A DNA stretch of 64,000 nucleotides from Asterias rubens (Eukaryota). Each line of letters opens with the position of its first letter. Position 1 is the first letter of the stretch. The position numbers were made by a program, and so were the translations under genes. A model generated the notes under the pieces. The model saw nothing but the letters and a program-made list of their open reading frames with translations. It ran no database searches and was not told the origin of the DNA. Shown in pieces: positions 11,516 to 24,800 of the stretch. Where the stretch lies: positions 16,616,001 through 16,680,000 of the forward strand of contig NC_047070.1 in the NCBI RefSeq assembly GCF_902459465.1. Reading direction: 5' to 3'.

Positions 11516-14500
11516 TAAGCTACCGCAAGGCTAGTGCTGCAGGCACTCAGTGCATGACGGCACAGTGTTGTATTCCAGCTATAGTCAATGGCCCCCAAGA
11601 TAAGAATGCAAAGAAGTGAAATTAATTATTAGACATACGGATATATGAATTTATTTCTTCATCTCATTCTTTTGGCATCTTCATTTTGTTGATTACGCAT
11701 TCCGCATCATCAACATTCTATAATGATATGGACTTTTCTTTAAGACGAATTAGAAACCCGTAAAGGGGCATTCTACGAAAGAGTAGTGCACGAACTGCCT
11801 ATAGGCTCTATCCCGAGGCCTACTAGTAAAGATCGAGCAAAATATAGCCACTGACAATGTCTTAATAATTTAAGTCTTTAAGACCAATAAATTGAATTAT
11901 TCGCCACTTTGTTTTAAAGATGTAATGATTTTCATCGTGGGTAAAGAATGATGATATTGTTTGATTTTCACCGTCTACTTTGTGGTGGATATGCACTGTG
12001 TGCTTGCTGAGTCATGCTGGGAAAACCAACAGGGACAACGCGTTTCAAGTCCCTATACATTATGTCGACCTCTTTGCTCCCAGATTCACACTTCGTATGT
12101 TAAAACTTGTACTCGGTTGGGATTCGAACCCGCAACCTCGCATCGGTGTCAGTCAAACTATATCACACTTTACCATTGCTTCGTCATAAAGTCAACTTAC
12201 ATGTTATTGTTAGCCCCATTGGCTACACAAACTTGGGAGCTGATATTGGTTTATGGAGATCAGTCAATATTATATTAAAGGGGTTGTGTCGGCAATGATC
12301 AAAGCAGGCTTGGAATTATAAACTCTCACACAGTAACTGCACGCGTGGGCCATCCCCTCATAAGTATTACTACGGATGTCGTTTGCGTGTGTGCGGTAAT
12401 AAATATGGTGAGAGTTCATAATTCTATTTCGAGGAGTCACACAAAGCAGCTGAGCACAACATATGCCTTCGTTGTAGTTTACCAGTCAAAATATCATGTC
12501 ACATGTACAACTTGTGACTGGTATCCTGCTCATGTTTGCTTTGCACTACGTTCTGAAAAATGTAGTCTTGGTGCAAGACGTTGTTTTCTTCCTCCATGTC
12601 CACACTATCACTCAACCGTCGTAATCCACCGCTCGCCCCCTCCACGCCGCACACATTACTACTTGCGACAAGACTACATGTCAGAATGTAGTGAGAACTA
12701 GTTCGGTGTGAGGGGGTATAGATAGCTGTAGGAATTTGAGCCTTGCTTTGGTCATGACAACAAACAGCACCTTTAACATCTGTAGCAATATAAGTAATAT
12801 GGCCATCATGGGAATTTGTTTTGTGACAGCAGGCATGGTTACACAATACGACTAATTAAACGTTTATTTTTTTGCAATACTTGGCATACAAATTATTTAC
12901 TCCTTAAAAAACTGTGTTCAAATCTGTATAACACAAATTGCACATGACAAAACTCTCATCAAACTGTAAACCGGAAATCTTTGTGTTTTCTTCTGATAAG
13001 ACCGCGTCACTATACCCTCAACTAACATATTAAAGTCCATACAATTATATGTTTGCCCATTCCACTCTTGCGTATTATTACTACATGCCAACATTATCAA
13101 TCTTTAAAAAACAACAATAATGACATTTCAGTTTTTACCTTTTATAAAATAAACAACAAAAATAACAGTCTTCGGTTTTTTTGCACAATGTTATAATAAG
13201 TGGATTAAAAACATATTACAGAAAATAATGCGTATATTTTCATATTTACAAACCATCGCATATTTACAGCTACTAATAACAGTTTAAAATTTTGGTTCGG
13301 AGGGACACACAAACCTTCCTCGTTAATATGTTCCTTTAAAACATTTATCTATAGCTAGAGAGACATGGAATAACATCAACCCCTGTTCCTTGCTCTATGC
13401 ATCAACCAACCCTCTCAACCAGTACAAACAAAGCAGAGCTGCCAACGTTTTCTACTTGCAATCAGGGAGTTTTGTTTACAGTAATCAGGAAGATACTTCG
13501 GATTACCTTTAATATAGTATGAAGAGGGCTGGCCTGTATGCTTCGGGCAAGGGCACCAAGGCATTTTCTCCATTGCAAAGGGCACCCTATATTGAGGAAA
13601 TTGTAAATTTGTACTGGAGCATTGCAAGGGCACCAAGGCAATGACCAGGGGTCATACAGGCAATCGCATTTGTTGACTTCATGAAGTATTAGGCCTTATA
13701 AAAGGTTTCCATTACCTGGAAGACTTTCAAATTTGTATATCGATACATGTACACATTGGTTTATTTTCAAGGAGCTTCCTAATGCAGAATCAGGGAGAGT
13801 TGGCAGCGCTGTAATTTTTGTTAATGGTATGATTGCCTGTTGCAGGCCTGGAATTTCATCTTTGAGAGGGCAAGGCCATTCTCTTATTGTAAAGGGCACT
13901 TCCAAAATGTTTAAAGTCTATGTGAAACTTTAGAAGGGACACCAAGAGTCAAGACCGAGGCAACAGGGGCCACTGCCTCTGTGGTCTCCATGTAGCTCAA
14001 TGGATGCTGTCTGGACATTGCATGCTGCATTGAGTAGCATACATACTAGATCCACTGAAAACTTTTCAGTATTTTCACACTCGTATTCGCTCTGCACATT
14101 GAAGTAATTTCAGTGCATGATTAACACTTTTACCAACAACATGTATTGTTTTCACAATTCAACTGACAGATAACATCATATTTATAGCTTTGAACTCACA
14201 CTGAAACAGTGTTTGAAAGACATACGAAATTAACTGTATACATGTTATACAGTGTTTTACTCCCATGGATATTGCCTGCTGTTGAACCAGCTGGCACCCC
14301 GTATTTGGTTTTGATAGTTAGTAAATCCATAAAACACAACACCTCCCATGCCTTTTTCGCATGACTAACCAATAAATGCACCGTTTGGTTACCATACCCG
14401 CATGCTGCTATGCATAAAGCTATACGAAACTCAACACATGCTTACAACATAGTTAAGACCCACTCTATGCTTACAACCATCATGGCGGTATGCAACAATG

Positions 14501-17451
14501 GAGGAAAAATAACAGCCATGATATTTTGGTCCTAGGATAAGTAGGAGTAGTCAAGTACAAGGGCTTACCTATACATGAATACATATACTTTCAGGCTATT
14601 GAATCATAATTGTTCACATTTTTTCCAAGGGCGGAAAAAAAAATCGCCGGGAATCAGACTAAAGTAGAGAGAATATCACACCTGTTATAACAAACACAAA
14701 AAAATTTAGTGTAATATTAATAATGGTACAACATCGAATGATGTTGACATTGATTTGTAAACATCACACTATAGCTTAGAGAGAAAACAACCTGTAGTCA
14801 TGGCACTGGAATCGTCCTAAAAGGCCAGGAAACATTTGTACCTCTCTTGCAACCTCAACAACTTTGTTCAGACACATAGGTTTTGTTGACAATAAATTAT
14901 TACTATTATGTCATTAATTACTTTTAAAAATCGTTTATTTCAAAAACACTTGTGCCATTTCAACTTGACCACACTGGAATATTGGGGAAGAGTTATCTCA
15001 ACACAGGCTCAAATTATGTTTAAAAAGAGGGAAAGAAAAAGCTTCATTTGGGTAAATCCATTGGGAAATTAAAATTATTTCAAGGCCCGTAAAGTCACGA
15101 AACAAGCGACCGGGTGAATATAAATTATGCATAGGACTAACAGCAAGGGAAACTTGATAATTTGTTGTATGTTTTTTACTCCATGAATACACAGGCTCAA
15201 TGTTTTAAATGAGAAAAAGCTTTTTATGTAAAAACCATGGGGAAATAAAAAAAATTCAAGGCCTAAAAAATCACGAAACTGTTGGTTATTATAGAGTAAA
15301 CGAAAATAAATATGCATAGGCCTAAACAGCAAGATTAAAATTATGCTAAAATCATTAAAAACTTTATAATTTTATGTGCTTTACTCTCACTGTATAAGCA
15401 GTTACACCGAACTGAATTGCGTATAGATCTTAAGATGGTCAAAGTTTTTTTCCAGCTTTGGGATTTAATCCCTAGAGCTCAAACAAACAAAATGCCATTC
15501 TTTGTTAACCTTATTCTTTTGTTGTGTACACCTGACTGGGGGTCGCAAGTGGGGTGGGGTGCCATGCCAGTGTTCACCCATCTTTTCACGTTGTTGGATT
15601 CGGTTCACTTGTTGTAAAGAGGTTCTGTTTTGCATACAGATAACGGACCTAATGTACAAGACTTGTAGTTTGGCTTCCCTACTGGTGCCATGGAGTAATT
15701 TAGAGAATGCAGCACAGTAGTTTGAGTAACATCAACAAGAATTCCTAACAAACCAAATCGATTCGTTCAAGCCTTCGTTACCTACACCCCCCCTTTCCGG
15801 TAAACAACAGATGGAGGGGAGGAGAAAAAAGAGGGACCTCAGTTTGCACACCAAACTGAAAGTAATAAAAACACAATTATTCTAATTTTAGGGTTTGGAA
15901 TTGGTTCCCCCTGGGGCAAAATGGGTTGAAATAGAAAGGGCCTTGCCTGATCTTCTGTGCCTTAGACAAATACAACTAGTATTTACTAAAGGCACTCGTT
16001 TAATAGATGATAAATGTTCCTGGTGCTATACAACACACTTATCGAAGGTTCAGCTCACATGCCACAAAAGGGGAAAGCACAATGAGTTTACCTTTTTATG
16101 TTCAGAGTTTGTTTAGGGTCTGATGATGTTAGATCAAACAAACATAGAGCAAGGAACCGAAGGTCTAAATTAAAGTTAAATGTTGAATGTCAGGTTGTGT
16201 TAATAACGGTTGGTGTGAAACCGTCACTCAAGATGCATACACATTACCTTTAAGAGCCATGGTTGGTAATGGTATGATCTTGGAGGCAAGTATAGGATCA
16301 GATTTATTCTTGAAATGCGGTTGTTAATATGAATTATTACTATGAATTTGTTATCAGTACCAATTGTCCCTTCTCTATGATGTAAGTAAGTAGTAATTCC
16401 ACTTTTATTTTAAGTTCATGTGCACATTGCAAAATGCCAAAATGTGATGATTATTTCAAAGGTTGATTGTACAAATGTTAGATGCAAAATACAGGATCAA
16501 GCGAGGATGTCTTTATGAGCTGTGGTGGCCCAGTGGTTTAACGACGTTTCTTTTTCTCCTCATGGAGACAACAAAATCATAAATTTTTTAAGTCAAAACA
16601 TCGAGGTGTTAATCCACATGGCCCTTCTCGGAACCACCACATCTTAAAATGTATACGTTTCCACAAATCTCACTAGACTGTATCTTCACCATGCAACATT
16701 TAAAAATCCTACTTAAAATACATTGTGTAATGGGATGAGAGTGTACACAAAATTAACTATAAACCATAGACACTACATGAGTCGTTCCATGGTTGACAAG
16801 TCGACTGGCAGGGACATCTTAATTCGGACTGACCTTTGACATGGATGTTGACTGTGCAAACTCGCACGTATTCGAGCTTCCGGGACTAGTTTGGTCCCAA
16901 CTATATCGAAATTTACGTGTGCGTGATTCCGTTTCTTCAGATAATAGTTAATATAAAAACTACCTCATGTTGTTGATTGAGAGAGTAAAAGTATGCCATG
17001 TATACGAAAGTAAGTTAACCAACAAAGAAAACAATTGGAGATGTATTTGATACAATTGGAGATGTATTTATGACAACTTGATATCATGGGCATGTTTATT
17101 TGCTCGAATTTGGTAAAAATACAATTTAGATCAGATTTGATTTCATGGACAAAATATAGTCTTCGTTCGTGATAGGTTTTTTGTTTCGTTACTGATACGC
17201 GCGAGATTTGCACAGGCCTGCAACTTTGGCTGCAAAGCCACAACATGTACACGTCAATATACGTCAAGCCACTATATACTTGTAATCATTAACATGTTTA
17301 GAAGGTTTTATTCTAGGGATGCCACTTTCTGGGTCCCAGAGGACAATCTGTCTTTGCTCATGGACTTTGTGTCGGTGCTCTTCTCGGGTCCAATTAGATA
17401 CACGATTAGGTATCAAAGATGCGTAGGGTCGTATGATGGGCGAGCCATCCT

Positions 17452-18825
17452 TCAGTTTACTGACGAGTCATTTGGTTCCACATCTACGTTTCCATTGACT
17501 TCGCGTTCACTTTTATCAACTTCATGTTTAATCTGAAAGGTGACCATGACAGAGTGCTGACTGTCGTTGTCCTCGCTACTGTCGTCGTCGTCGTGTCCAT
17601 TGACAGGCAGTGGCACCTGGCGGAATGTCACCTGCGTGCGCCTATAGAAGTTATTCCCCGATGTCCTGAATCGAATACATGTGCAACAAAGCATCCGGCG
17701 GTACGCAGGTCCAAAGTCCTTGGTGAAAAACGGATAAATAATGGGGTTGAGCAACGAGTTCAAGAACCCCAACCACAGCAAACACGACTCGAGTACTGAG
17801 TTGATCTCACATGAACAGTAGGGCCTTATCAATGTCACGATGAAGAACGGCAACCAGCAGAAGATAAACGCTCCCAAGATGACGCCGAGTGTCTTGGCCG
17901 CTTTACGCTCGCGTTTGAGTGAAATGCGCCTCGGTCCCTTCTTGATCGACCCCGAGGAGAACCTCGTACGTAATGATATGAACTCGGCTAATCTTGGTAA
18001 AGAGGGTCTCCTCTCCTGGGAACGAGAAGTGCTAATGGTATCCTCATTTGAGCTATTAGAATTCCGTGTGGAGTCTATGGATCGACCCACATCAATGGAG
18101 TTTAATTTCACTGCCGCGCGTTTGATGGTTGCAGTCTGCCTTTGCTTCAAATCAGCCAGCTCGCTCTTCCGAGCCGCGCGATAAATCTTAAAATAAACCA
18201 ATAACATAACGGAGAGTGGAAGATAGAAAGCCCCCAGCGTTGAAATGATCGTATAGTACGGGTTCTGTGAGATCAGACAGAAGTTATACTCGGGCCCGTG
18301 TTCATTTCCTCCCCATATGAACAGGGGTTGAAACCCAATAAACGCACTTGTCACCCATACGATGAGTATAAACAGTAGCATGAGCCTAGAGGTGCGTTTA
18401 TTCACGTAAGTCATCGGTCTTGTTATGGCCATGTACCGATCCACACTGATCATACACAGAGTCATGATAGAGCCAGTGCACGCTAAAACGTCGCATGAAA
18501 TCCACAAGTCACACACTGCCGGTCCCCAAATCCAAACTTTCTTAATTTGGTATGCTGCGGCAAACGGCATATCCAATGCTGCAACGGCAATGTCTGATAT
18601 CGCTAAGTTGATGATGAGAAAATTGGGTGGTTTGCGGAGCTTGCGGTCGAGACACACAGATAAGATGACCAGTATATTCCCGAAGAGAGTTAAGACGATG
18701 ACGGTACCGGTGAGGAGTAAGATCAAGACGGTGGCCCATGGCGAGTACGGTGGGTCATCCTCGCCGGGTAAATCCGTCCCATTCCCCGGTGTCCACTCGT
18801 CGGAGAGTGTCGTCAAGTCCCCCAT
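17452..18825 (-). CDS. HTR7: Class A aminergic GPCR, serotonin receptor 5-HT7-like (457 aa from the ATG at 18825; coding region intronless)
   Basis: Seven hydrophobic segments, with GN in TM1, LAISD in TM2, D3.32 in CDVLACT, DRY, CLISQ in ECL2 followed by YTIISTLGAFYLP (S5.42/T5.43/A5.46, typical of 5-HT receptors), RERKAAKTLG, CWLPFF and NPIIY. ECL2/TM5 and the TM6 'TLIRP' resemble vertebrate 5-HT7 as I recall it. The track ORF starts at a GTG (18879); the first in-frame ATG (acaATGg) is at 18825. Subtype assignment needs a phylogeny. Confidence 0.88.
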   Translation of the reverse strand: MGDLTTLSDEWTPGNGTDLPGEDDPPYSPWATVLILLLTGTVIVLTLFGNILVILSVCLDRKLRKPPNFLIINLAISDIAVAALDMPFAAAYQIKKVWIWGPAVCDLWISCDVLACTGSIMTLCMISVDRYMAITRPMTYVNKRTSRLMLLFILIVWVTSAFIGFQPLFIWGGNEHGPEYNFCLISQNPYYTIISTLGAFYLPLSVMLLVYFKIYRAARKSELADLKQRQTATIKRAAVKLNSIDVGRSIDSTRNSNSSNEDTISTSRSQERRPSLPRLAEFISLRTRFSSGSIKKGPRRISLKRERKAAKTLGVILGAFIFCWLPFFIVTLIRPYCSCEINSVLESCLLWLGFLNSLLNPIIYPFFTKDFGPAYRRMLCCTCIRFRTSGNNFYRRTQVTFRQVPLPVNGHDDDDSSEDNDSQHSVMVTFQIKHEVDKSEREVNGNVDVEPNDSSVN

Positions 18826-21800
18826 TGTCCGGAAAACGGGCTTGTTGAAACCTCCGATTCCCACAGTCCATTCCGACACATTGTCGGCAGCGTCTGCGAC
18901 AACGAGTAGCTGTAAACTAACTGTTCGTGGTCCCTCAGCAGCACCATATACATGTACATATATTGTTAAAAGACCCTGTCTTAATCAAAAGACTACTTTT
19001 TCACTCAACCGTCTCGAGATCGATAGCCCATGCCAAATCCTTCCATGGTCCAGGATAATAATAGGGCGTCGTTTACCGAACTATTCTCATGGTCTCTTTT
19101 TGTTGTCCCTACTGACTTTATGTTAAATTCAGCGGGGGATCAAGATACCCATTTTGGGACCGTCCAGTCAAAAGAGCAGATACCAAACCAGTCGATTTAA
19201 ATTACAATCACAAATGAAGGGATTTTGTTGTTGTTCCATGTAGATAACAAAAGGGGACTCCGGACACAAACAGTCCGGCCGTGTATTTCGGTGGGGGCAC
19301 TGCCCGAGAGCCTGACTGAATCGCCTCTCGCCTCGTTAGGTCGCGGAATGATCGCTGTGGATGGACGTCCTGGCCACCACCTCAGACACAAAACAAGATC
19401 TTGCCAGTCTCGTAGCACAGCTCCTTGTCCTCGTGTAGTGTAATTACTGAAACCATCTGAAACAATGTTCCTCCCAGAGTCGCTGAAGTGTCTCGAAACA
19501 CGGCCTTGTTAATTCATGGTAAAACATACACGATCAATCACCGGCCCTTCTGACATCAATCATGACCACGTGTGAAACTCGTCTAGCTTGACACTTTACA
19601 AACCGAGCCCCTCACTCAGGCAAACAGCGAAAACACACGAGTGGTCAAGCCAGGATGGAAAGTGTCATGGGCCAACACCGCTGTGTGTCCGGCAGTCAGC
19701 AAGCACCACGGCTAGAATTGAGAGCAAGCTGACCACCCACTGCTAGTCAGTAATTGGGTTGGTTCGTATTGGACAATCCACGTGTGCTAGCCCGCGTGTG
19801 TCATTCATTCCGACCAGTCCATTTTTTTGCACTGGTCACTCTCTTTCCGCAACAATAATGACATATACTTTATGTATCATGGTTATGTATGACGTGCAGT
19901 AAACTTCCTCGTTTGAGATAAAGTGTTTGACCATGGTGTGATCAGATTATTGCATTGGGGACTCACAAGGCATGTCAGACAAATAAAGAAGCCGGCTTCA
20001 TACCAACAGATTTACGGGCGACACCTTCATGGTTCAAAAAAACACCTGAAAGCAAATTAATCCCGGTGACGAGGACGGGCCATCCAGCGAAACAATTTCC
20101 GCAGTCAAATCACCGACCCTCGTTTAAAGGCAAAGTATACATTGGATTTTTGGGACCGTTTTAACTCAATATGAATGTAGATAATACCATGGAGGTAGAA
20201 ATATTTCTACCTCCATGATAAAACACAATAAAACTAGCGTGTGAAAATTTCCTTTCAAAAAAGGTGGTCGGGAGTTCGAGATATCGCCAAAAAGGCCAGA
20301 GCGAATAAAGTCCACACAGGAAGAATAATCTAATACACAATCTGAGAAACATTGTTGCAGTAACGCTTTTTACATCCGCACTTTCGAAGAGACATGTTTC
20401 TCAAAATGCTTTATACTATGATATCGAACGCTGCTGTAGGCTTCTGGCAACAAGTTTGTAAATTGCATTGCCATTAAATTTAAGAGTTACTACTAAAAAT
20501 ATACATTCCCTTTAAGGGAGAAGGAAGGGTCGTATATATGTTAAAGGCACCTTCGTAAAACCTTACTCAATGGTAAAACCTATGATAAAGGAGTTTCATC
20601 CTTTATAGTACTTCATTTTATAACATGAATAGATGCGGAAGTTGCTGGAGCAACTGCTTATGACGTCTAATCTTGTCTGGGACCTTCATCCTCCGTTTGG
20701 GACAGAATTAGCGAATGGTACATGAAAATCTTCATTTTCAGACAGGGCGAACGAAATTGCATGACAAAGTGTTTTTTATATTTGTAATGATGATAGTGTT
20801 TAGGTTTTTAAATTTACCTTTTTCTTCATTAAATTGCACTAGGACAGAACACTTTCTATTATGAGAACAAATTGTACAGTGGTAGTAGTATACTGACTTT
20901 AGTTTAACGAAACTTAATTCATTGAGGGTTCATTCTTGTTAACATTTTCAGTTAACAAGATACAAATCTAAACATAAATACTTCACACATGGTATTTGGC
21001 CGTTGGAACATTTTATGAGTACAAGGGTTGAACCATAAGGCAACACTATGTACATGTGCAGGTTTTAATATACTTTTCTTCTGGCTATTATTAATCACAA
21101 CTTATCACTGATTTTTTTTTTGAGGATCAACCAGTTGACCATCGGAATCAAGTATAGGAATATGCCAACATTTATATAATAATGTGCAGTGCAGCAATGT
21201 ACAGACGTCATGGAAATATGTGGTGACTCTACGGTATTTTCCGTAGTAGGACACCGGCAAGACTATGCCAGTTGACAGTTCAGCCATGTTGAGGTATGAC
21301 GCACCTGTCATTGCAATGGTACATTCCTCCAAACGAATGATTTTACATACAGGGTAATGGTGTGTGTAGTCTTAGCTCAAGACGTGATTATGGTAAGCTG
21401 GTTGAAAGGGGGCGCAGCTTTACAGTAGTTTCGGGAAAAAAAACCTCAAGGTTTTACAACACAAATACTGAGCACCTGGTTGGGAGCGACACCTGGTCGC
21501 GACAGCTTTATATACACACGTTAAACATGGTATTGAATTTATGTTTCTAATTTTATTGCAGTATCTAAACCACTCTGTCGTCAGGGTGTAGTGCACTTTT
21601 ATGAATCTGAAAGGACCTTGAACAACCAGCGCTTGCGCAGAACTGCCTTAGATTACGTAATGTTATATAATGTCTATTTTTAGGTCATTGGAAGATATTA
21701 TTATTACAATGGTTTAAAATGGCGGCATTATATTGTGTCTGTTCTCATTGTTCGCATAACGGTAGCTTATGTGGCATCCTAATATCTCAGCGTTCGTACA

Positions 21801-24800
21801 CATAGCTATGTCTATCCAGTAAAATAAGAATATGCATCGGCGAGCAACAAGTCGCCACTTACTGCTAAGAATTAAGCACCGACTGTGCCTGCTAAGCATA
21901 TAGTGCTGTTCATTGCTTAATTAAGTCTGAAGGTACACACGCCCAAAATAATTATGGTTCACCCGATCATAAAAATACACAACAAACGTGGACAAGGCAT
22001 CACGGACAATAGAGGGCGCTCGTTTCTTATAAGCAAAAACTCAGCAACGAAATCCCAACAACGGACACTAAAGCGACGCCCTGGAACGGGTTTCCACTTG
22101 AAGACCTGACCTTAACACACTTTTACAAAAGATGGAGCATAACACAACAACTGTCCTCATTCATACACTTGAAAAGTCAAAGTCCTACATACAAAGTGAG
22201 CTCTCTCATTCCATAGAGCACCCATCTTATAAAACTATAGTCAGTTCCCGTAGAGGAAGGCCAATACTACGTGGACGCCTGCCGCAGCCAGAAATACCCA
22301 CCAAGTCGATTTTACAACACATGAACCTGTTAAACAGCATTGAAAGAAGACTAGCACCAAACAACCATAACGGTAACTTAACACATCAGACATAATGAAG
22401 CTAATTAAAAGTTTGAGATAATCTAACAATATTGTATTACGTCAATGACGTCTAATCACTATGCAATTAACGCTCTCGCCATGTATGAAGGTTGTCCCAA
22501 GACAGCTAATTATAAGCTATAAATATATACTTTCTCATTCTTGTTTGATATTCCAGCAGGATGTAAAGTATCGGTCAAGGTAGAGTGATATAAGTCCATC
22601 GGTCAAACTTTCTACCCTTGAGGGGTGCATGATACCCTAGAGTTTAGCAAGGCCTCCCACTCACGGTGATCATAGAAAAAGGACATTTTCTATATACATG
22701 TACATGTAGTGTGATAAAGTGAAACATGGGTATATGGGTAAAAACCAAAAATTAATCAAGTGAAACATGTTTAGATCTCTGGTCGAAGGTCCAAGGGTGA
22801 GAGTCATTGCTGACATTGAAACTTGGATCAGGACCTTAGGGCGTATGTAAGAAATGATGGCATCTACCTTTTGGTAACCCCTGGTAGAAGTGAGGTGAGG
22901 GTACTTGGGCAAACTTGTTTCTCTTGGAAAGCAAACTGCCCCCGAAAAGAAACATTTATTTGTCGTTCCCCCTCCCCAATTAAACTACCAGACACTATGA
23001 ACTATTGGAGTCCGTCAAATGTGCTTGTTGTGCCCCACGCCCCGATTCATGGTCCCAGTAAGAGAGTGCAAAACGACTACAACTATTGATACAAGGTTAA
23101 GACGAGTTCGTCGTTAGGAACTGAAATTGGTCCTTAAGTTCGTAAGCGCATTTTCCCTCAGAAACCTTGAAGAACTTTGCAGAGACTGTATTTAGGGTAG
23201 AGGCTCGAACTGAGCGCAGATAACAACTCGTCCTTGATAACTAAATGTACCAAGTAACGTTATGATCGCATACATCGATCCACACACGGCCATAGATTGG
23301 GCAAGGTACGACAATTACCATATACAAATAATGTCTATTATACATGTCTATTAACATCTATTATACAAATAATGTGTAAGATGATATCATTAGGTATGGA
23401 AGGCAAGTCAGTCTAGTTACAGGCCTGATACTCCACGGAGGCAACGAAGGCGATTGCCCCCATGCCCCCTGGTCGCTGCCTTGGTGCCCTAAGTGCCAAA
23501 GTTTTCAAAGATGCATTCGCACTCATACGATCAGAACAGGCACAGAGAAGTCTTAAGAACAATAAACATGTTATCAATTGAAATGGCGTTTCTTTCTTTC
23601 AAGTTCTGTCACGACTCAATTGTCAACAAAATTAGCATCTTACATCCGGATAAAAAATACTGCCAAAACAAAACTATAATTTAAAGCCAAAGTTTTAAGT
23701 TCGTTACAAACATAAGCCATTAGATACTGAGTCGACTTAATTGTTTTTTTTTTACTTTACCAAAAAACACAGAACATTGTTATGAAGTGTGGCAGGGTGA
23801 TGGAATTGTGGCGTTGATGATACAAGTTAGAATTTGGAATACAAGAAGCTGTTTCTGTCCAAAAACGCATTTGCGCATAGAAGGTGCAAGACTAGTAGAC
23901 TGCGCTTTGGGTTGTGCATGTTAGAACAAAAATGGCGTTCAACAACCACGTGGTCAAAAAAAAACTGGTCCTCCATGTCACAACTGTCAATATATAGTTC
24001 AGATTCAGAGTACATCAATTTATTTGGCTATAGGCCCTTCGCAGAATTATCCTTTGAACAATACATGCATTAGCAACGGCAAACACTTTGCTTGTTTTTC
24101 TGCTCACTAGTTTTTTACAAACTCAAATCTGTAATATGGCACTTTAGCGAAATCTGACGAACTCTGACTGCGTGCCAAATTCCATACGTGTACCGTCAAG
24201 GCTGAACTCAAGGCACAATCCCAAAAATGTTCTCCTTATTTTGTCCCCTTATAACCTCTACTCAGTGAAGGTAAACTTTTTGTTTTCACCAGTCATGTTT
24301 CAGGGAAGCTAGGACTCTGATGACCCATTATGCCATTGTCTGGCTAATATCGATCCATGTTTCCAATGTTAGTTTTCTCAATGACAATCGTGACTGACGG
24401 GTGAATAATAAATATAGACATAGAGAAAAATAACCCATTGTGATTTAAACTCAGCTTGGAAGTTATAAAATGCCAGTACACAAACACTTCAATGGCTATG
24501 GTCCGAGTTCGAAATAGGCTCTTAATAATAGATTACAGTTCAATAATAGATTACCTACATTATTGAATGATGTTACTTGAGCTGATGTTGCTCCTCGCCT
24601 GATGTCTTTACCCTTTTTGATTTCGAAATACACTCACACGTGAAAACACTCAAAACATTTCGTATCTTTCGTGGGCTTACGGAAGAAAAGTCTTAACCAA
24701 TGATGAGCGTTGATTTTGCCCAGCTCTTGATACTAGTGTTTTACCAAACAAACAAACAAACACCTCAACACACAAATCAACAAATATATTCATAAATAGC

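Noticed and set aside
12499-12846. 115-aa ORF and overlapping 118-aa ORF
   Set aside because: No family motifs or convincing splice context; cannot be supported as coding.
18425-19126. 233-aa plus-strand ORF (and 17524-17799, 17840-18184)
   Set aside because: Antisense shadows of the GC-richer receptor CDS; no recognisable motifs.
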